Assembly (NCBI GenBank): GCA_037140955.1
Contig: JBAXDL010000003.1
Location: forward strand, 27,348 to 91,347
Source: a bacterium
GTDB taxonomy: Bacteria > Patescibacteriota > Minisyncoccia > Moranbacterales > GWC2-37-73
Length of the DNA: 64,000 nucleotides
Reading direction: 5' to 3'
Part shown: positions 59,693 to 64,000 of the stretch, piece after piece
How the letters are laid out: each line of letters starts with the position of its first letter
How positions within the stretch are numbered: position 1 is the stretch's first letter
The notes under the pieces: model-generated
Seen by the model: only the letters and a program-made list of their open reading frames with translations
The model's database searches: none
What the model was told of the DNA's origin: nothing
Made by a program: the position numbers and the translations under genes

Positions 59693-61603
59693 TTATTTCA
59701 AAACCTTACCATTTGAAAATCCAACAAATTTATCCTCAGGAAGCATTGTATTTTTTTTCTCCCCACTAAGTACAATATCTTCCCCAGTAAAAGCATCTTT
59801 TGCTGTTAGTGATGATGGATTTAGCAAATTAATCGGTTCACCTATTTGATTATTCTGTGGAGTCACAGCGACTTTAAATATTATCTCTCGAGGCAATCCA
59901 AGCACCCCAGTTCCAGCAGAGATGTCACCAGCATCCCAAATTATTTGATTTGTTCTTTCATTGTAGGAAACTTTTTCAGTCGAAGGAATAAGCTCCCCAA
60001 CCCAACGCACTCCTGACGGTAGGGATGAAATTATTTTAACACTAGTTATATCATTTGAAACATTAATAAGCTGCCAATGCAAGGAAAAAGTTGTTTCCTT
60101 GTTGCTTTCCATTGGCATTGGTCCAACATTTTTAACCTTACTGTCAAAATAATACCCCTTAGTATCAAAAATAACTTTAGACGCCAACTTTAATTCAAGC
60201 TTATTACTTCCAATTATTTTATTTGAATTTATGGGTGTTGGAATATCAGGACTATCAATTTTTGCCACAGAAGAAACAATGAAATTCTTATCAAGCTTAT
60301 TTTCAATTGGAATAGTATTTTTAACTGGAACAGAAAAACGAACAAATCCGGTGGCACCAGGATTAATATTTGCCAAAATTGGAACATCAGAGGCCTTCCA
60401 TGTTATGATGTTTTTTGCATTATCATATGATCCCTTATCTATATTCATTTTTGAAAAATCAAGAACATTTCCCTTTATTTCAACATTAATTATGGCATCA
60501 CGAAGTGTGATATCACCAGTATTTTCAAACGTCACTGCATATTTTATGACCTCGCCAGCCTTAACTATTTCATTGTTCTTCTCTTCAACTCGCTGAAAAA
60601 TTCGAAGAACTGGAGAAACAATACGCGTTGTCAATTCTTGCTTATCATAGATTACAAATTTTGCACCTTCCCCAATGTGACCCAGAGAAACAACAATGCT
60701 CTTCCCTTCATCACCACCACCATTAATTTTTCCTTGAATATTTATTTTGCCAGATTGTCCAGGCTCCAGATTACCAACATACCAATAAGAACCCTTTTCG
60801 GAAGATTTTGGTTGAGAATCCTTAAGCTGAAAATCAACTGGAAAATCAACCCTCAGTTGAATATCACTGAGTACCCTCGTGTCTAAATTTTTATATTCAA
60901 TAACATACTCCATTGAATCTCCATTGACCAATTGTTGTGGCCCAGCAACGCTAACAACAACAGGAGCTGCTGCGATGTTAACACTTATTTGATCAGTCAT
61001 TGAAAGCTTCTCAACAGCATTTGAAGGAGTGAAATCAATTTCTGCATGCAAAAAAACAGGAAAATCCTTTGGAGCATAAAAAACACCCTTAAACTCAGCC
61101 TGACCCACACTCATTGGGGCAATATCACCAATGAATATTTTACTAGTAGTATTGTTTATGTATTTTAAGTTCAAACTATCAATAGGTTGAAAATTTTCAG
61201 AATAAGTAATTTGTATTTCTGTGTTTTTAAGTGTGACTCTATTGCTATTAGAGTAATGAATTATATATTTCGTCGGCTGATTACTGTCAGCCTCCTTTGG
61301 ACCTTCAAAGGAGATACTAACCCTATCCTGATGAAAAGCATTTTTCATCCACCATCGATAAAAAACTGTTCCAGAAACAGCAAGCAAAAGAAAGACAAAG
61401 ACTCCAATAAAGATCCAAATATTCCTCTTTTTTTCTGGCGTCAATCCTCTTTGTGGCTGATTCCAATTTTTATTTTCATCAAATGGACTGGAACTGCTAG
61501 CAACACTAACGGATGGATCATATGCGCTATTATCGTGACTCCTGCTTTCAATTTTATCAGCATTTGATTCGTATAACTCACGATTAAGATTATCTAGTGG
61601 CAT
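59693..61603 (-). CDS. Membrane-anchored Ig-like/DUF11-type repeat protein
   Basis: One TM followed by repeated beta-rich modules (Y.I.Y.N...L...W.VG.L.PG..G). Confidence 0.6.
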   Translation of the reverse strand: MPLDNLNRELYESNADKIESRSHDNSAYDPSVSVASSSSPFDENKNWNQPQRGLTPEKKRNIWIFIGVFVFLLLAVSGTVFYRWWMKNAFHQDRVSISFEGPKEADSNQPTKYIIHYSNSNRVTLKNTEIQITYSENFQPIDSLNLKYINNTTSKIFIGDIAPMSVGQAEFKGVFYAPKDFPVFLHAEIDFTPSNAVEKLSMTDQISVNIAAAPVVVSVAGPQQLVNGDSMEYVIEYKNLDTRVLSDIQLRVDFPVDFQLKDSQPKSSEKGSYWYVGNLEPGQSGKINIQGKINGGGDEGKSIVVSLGHIGEGAKFVIYDKQELTTRIVSPVLRIFQRVEEKNNEIVKAGEVIKYAVTFENTGDITLRDAIINVEIKGNVLDFSKMNIDKGSYDNAKNIITWKASDVPILANINPGATGFVRFSVPVKNTIPIENKLDKNFIVSSVAKIDSPDIPTPINSNKIIGSNKLELKLASKVIFDTKGYYFDSKVKNVGPMPMESNKETTFSLHWQLINVSNDITSVKIISSLPSGVRWVGELIPSTEKVSYNERTNQIIWDAGDISAGTGVLGLPREIIFKVAVTPQNNQIGEPINLLNPSSLTAKDAFTGEDIVLSGEKKNTMLPEDKFVGFSNGKVLK

Positions 61604-61663
61604 ATTTTTTATTTTTATTTCTTCTTATACTTTATTATATTATAGCATAAAAATAACATCTAC

Positions 61664-62407
61664 TTAAATTATCCACCTCAAAAAATCATCCACAACAAGC
61701 TGAACTTGATCACAATCAACTTGCTTTACGCTTATTTTAGGGACAGTACTTAGCTTATTTTTCAAAAAAAGTCTTATAATCTTTACAACATTAGCATTTA
61801 TTCTTAAAACTATATTCTCATGACCCATAATGCAATTTTGACAAAGAGCACCACCCTGCTTGGAGCCAAAATAAATTAAATCTTGCGACAATTTATTTCC
61901 ACAAGAAACGCAATTCTCAACCTCAATTGCAAAGCCAAGAAGATCCAATAATTTAACCAAAAAACCAAGTCTTATCAATGAATATTTAATATTTAAATTA
62001 TCATCATCGATATTTAATAAATTTCCAGCAACATAAAAATCCATCGCTTCCAGATAGTCCTTAAGCAAAAGAAAGACCAATTGGTCTGGATTTTCAAAGT
62101 CTATTAATTTTTCAAAAACACTCAATCCAAGAAAAACATCCAACAGCGCGCCACAATCACCCTTAAGCAAAGTGAAATTATTTTCAACTATCGAACTAGT
62201 TATTTTTCCAAGCCCCCTTGATCTTATTACGCAAACATCGGCCAAGGTTATATTCTCAAGAGATGCTGCCAACTTTGCCTGAGGCTTTCTAACACCCTTC
62301 GCTATTGAACTTATTTTTCCGCCCTCAAGAGTATATAAGACATATAATCTATCAGTCTCGCCAATATTCTTCTTATTTAAAATAATTGCAGTGTATTTAT
62401 ATTCCAT
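61664..62407 (-). CDS. recO: DNA repair protein RecO
   Basis: GETDRL..LYT..GKI..IAKGVRK, CVSCG...GGALCQNC; start MEYKY. Confidence 0.9.
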   Translation of the reverse strand: MEYKYTAIILNKKNIGETDRLYVLYTLEGGKISSIAKGVRKPQAKLAASLENITLADVCVIRSRGLGKITSSIVENNFTLLKGDCGALLDVFLGLSVFEKLIDFENPDQLVFLLLKDYLEAMDFYVAGNLLNIDDDNLNIKYSLIRLGFLVKLLDLLGFAIEVENCVSCGNKLSQDLIYFGSKQGGALCQNCIMGHENIVLRINANVVKIIRLFLKNKLSTVPKISVKQVDCDQVQLVVDDFLRWII

Positions 62408-62448
62408 AGTCTCATTATTACACTCTTTATTGGATTTGAGCAAAAAAA

Positions 62449-62476
62449 TCGCTCCATATCAGTTGATATGGAGCGA
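62449..62476 (-). terminator. Intrinsic terminator
   Basis: TCGCTCCATATC-AGTT-GATATGGAGCGA with adjacent A-tract. Confidence 0.7.
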
Positions 62477-62488
62477 GAAATATTGACC

Positions 62489-62707
62489 CTAGAAAAAATT
62501 ATGCCTCTTGCTCGCTCCCTCCGTAAAGATATTCATGATGATCAAGAAAACAAACAAGAAGGCAACACCTTTGCAAACAAAAACAACAAAACTAGCAATC
62601 CATGCCCAAAAATACCATCCAGTAAAAAAGATAAGCAGCAGGTAACAGAAAAAAAATAGACAAATGAAAAGTGAATAATAATCTCCTTTAATGTTATTCA
62701 TTAGCAT
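62489..62707 (-). CDS. Small hydrophobic hypothetical protein
   Basis: Strong SD AAAGGAGG, two TM segments, terminator downstream. Confidence 0.5.
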   Translation of the reverse strand: MLMNNIKGDYYSLFICLFFFCYLLLIFFTGWYFWAWIASFVVFVCKGVAFLFVFLIIMNIFTEGASKRHNFF

Positions 62708-62780
62708 CTTTACTTCCTCCTTTTGGTTTATTTTTCTGCAGAATCTTGTTTTGCTAAAATTTTAAAACAACATTGCAAAC

Positions 62781-64000
62781 TTAAATCTTCTTCAATGCAA
62801 TTATAATCAAGCTGCCATCAATTGAAATTTCTTTCATAATATCAGCTTCATTATTGGTTGAATTAATAACGTCATCAGCTAAAATCTCAGCTTTTATTAT
62901 TTCTGAAAATTGCTCAAAGACACCTTCCATTCCAACATACCATAACTTTATCCTATTTTCAACCTCATATCCAGCCTGTTTCCTAAGCTCCTGCACACTG
63001 CGAACAATTTCACGAGCAATGCCTTCCTTGATCAATTCAGCGCTAAGTTCTGTATCCAAAATGACATTCTCTGACTGTGAATCATTCATCACTACCACCT
63101 TAATATTCAATTCATCTTTGATAATTTCAATAAGTTCATCCTGAAATTCATTTTTGATTGATATTTTTGCAAGTGGTTGACGTACCTTTATCTTAGCTTG
63201 AGAGCGCAATTGCAGACCTTCGGTGATCACCTCTCTTGCCATTTTCATTTCATCATTTAGTGACTCATCAATGTGTTGATGCTCGCCAGTTGGCAAATCA
63301 GCCAAATGCACAGATTCCTTGCCGGTTAGGTTCCTATAAATCTCCTCACTCATAAAGGGAGCAAATGGCGCCATCATTTTTGACAAATTAACAAGCACGT
63401 GATGCAAGGTTGCATAGGCTTGTTTTTTGTCAGCATCATTTTGCGACTTCCAAAAACGCTTACGAGAACGTCTAACATACCAATTTGACATATCATCTAT
63501 AAACTTTGAGAATGCTCGCGAGCTTCGATGAAGTTCATATTTTTCCATACCATCATGCACTGCAATTATCAAGGTATTGAGTTCAGACAAAATCCACTTG
63601 TCCAACAAATTAGTTGTATCAGAATGTTTGAATTGCTCATCATGCTTCCAATTGTCAATATTGGCATACAACACAAAAAATGAATATGAATTCCAAAGCA
63701 TGCGCATCATTCCACGCATAATCTCTTCCACATCTTTTTGTGAAAAATTCAAATTTTGTGCAGCCACTACTGGCGAACTCATCAAATACAAGCGTATTGA
63801 ATCAGCGCCATATTTATCAAACATGAGCATTGGGTCAGGATAATTATTATAACGCTTACTCATCTTTTTTCCATCCTCAGCTAAAACTGTCCCATTAACA
63901 ATGACATTTTTATATGCTGTCCCACCTTTAATCCCAGTAGCGATAATATGCAAATAATAAAACCAGGCCCTTGTTTGATCAACTCCCTCAGCAATAAAAT
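62781..64000 (-). CDS. ileS: Isoleucine--tRNA ligase (type 2), 5' part outside window
   Basis: EGVDQTRAWFY, KMSKR, SNWYVRRSRKRFW, EGIAREIVRSVQELRK C-terminal domain. Confidence 0.95.
   Translation of the reverse strand, partial: FIAEGVDQTRAWFYYLHIIATGIKGGTAYKNVIVNGTVLAEDGKKMSKRYNNYPDPMLMFDKYGADSIRLYLMSSPVVAAQNLNFSQKDVEEIMRGMMRMLWNSYSFFVLYANIDNWKHDEQFKHSDTTNLLDKWILSELNTLIIAVHDGMEKYELHRSSRAFSKFIDDMSNWYVRRSRKRFWKSQNDADKKQAYATLHHVLVNLSKMMAPFAPFMSEEIYRNLTGKESVHLADLPTGEHQHIDESLNDEMKMAREVITEGLQLRSQAKIKVRQPLAKISIKNEFQDELIEIIKDELNIKVVVMNDSQSENVILDTELSAELIKEGIAREIVRSVQELRKQAGYEVENRIKLWYVGMEGVFEQFSEIIKAEILADDVINSTNNEADIMKEISIDGSLIIIALKKI

Noticed and set aside
62468-62659. 63-aa plus-strand ORF
   Set aside because: Starts inside a terminator hairpin and overlaps the minus-strand ORF that has the SD and terminator
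62781-64000. Type-2 IleRS as a novelty
   Set aside because: Well known in many bacterial lineages, and the HIGH region is outside the window

Overview
AT-rich bacterial chromosomal segment, mostly housekeeping genes on the minus strand. Gene content and style (SD-less AT-rich leaders, Elp3, GT-C glycosyltransferases, type-2 IleRS) suggest a CPR/Patescibacteria (Parcubacteria-like) genome; this is inference only. Core content covers cell wall/division (ftsQ-like, mreB, murA, murD, uppP), replication/repair (holB, dnaE, rnhB, recO), translation (thrS, leuS, ileS partial, gatB, rplK/rplA, rpmF, secE-nusG, tRNA-Ala, tRNA-Ile), tRNA modification (miaA, miaB, tgt, rlmN, Elp3) and a dTTP-synthesis cluster. 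The most interesting signals are: (1) a ~120-nt dispersed three-way-junction repeat with compensatory base changes, in 6 copies plus a related hairpin, one copy carrying a nested multi-hairpin insert; (2) an integron-like locus (6353-8987) whose short IntI-like integrase lacks the IntI-specific insertion, with GTT/AAC hairpin sites, an empty mini-cassette, a gene cassette bounded by ~53-bp inverted repeats, and an MNT-HEPN toxin-antitoxin pair; (3) a divergent Elp3 + Trm9/ALKBH8-like methyltransferase pair suggesting a eukaryote/archaea-type mcm5U34 pathway; (4) palindromic and heptameric repeats inserted in-frame in proteins; (5) a degenerate tRNA-Ala copy. All calls come from motif recognition by eye; no database searches were run.
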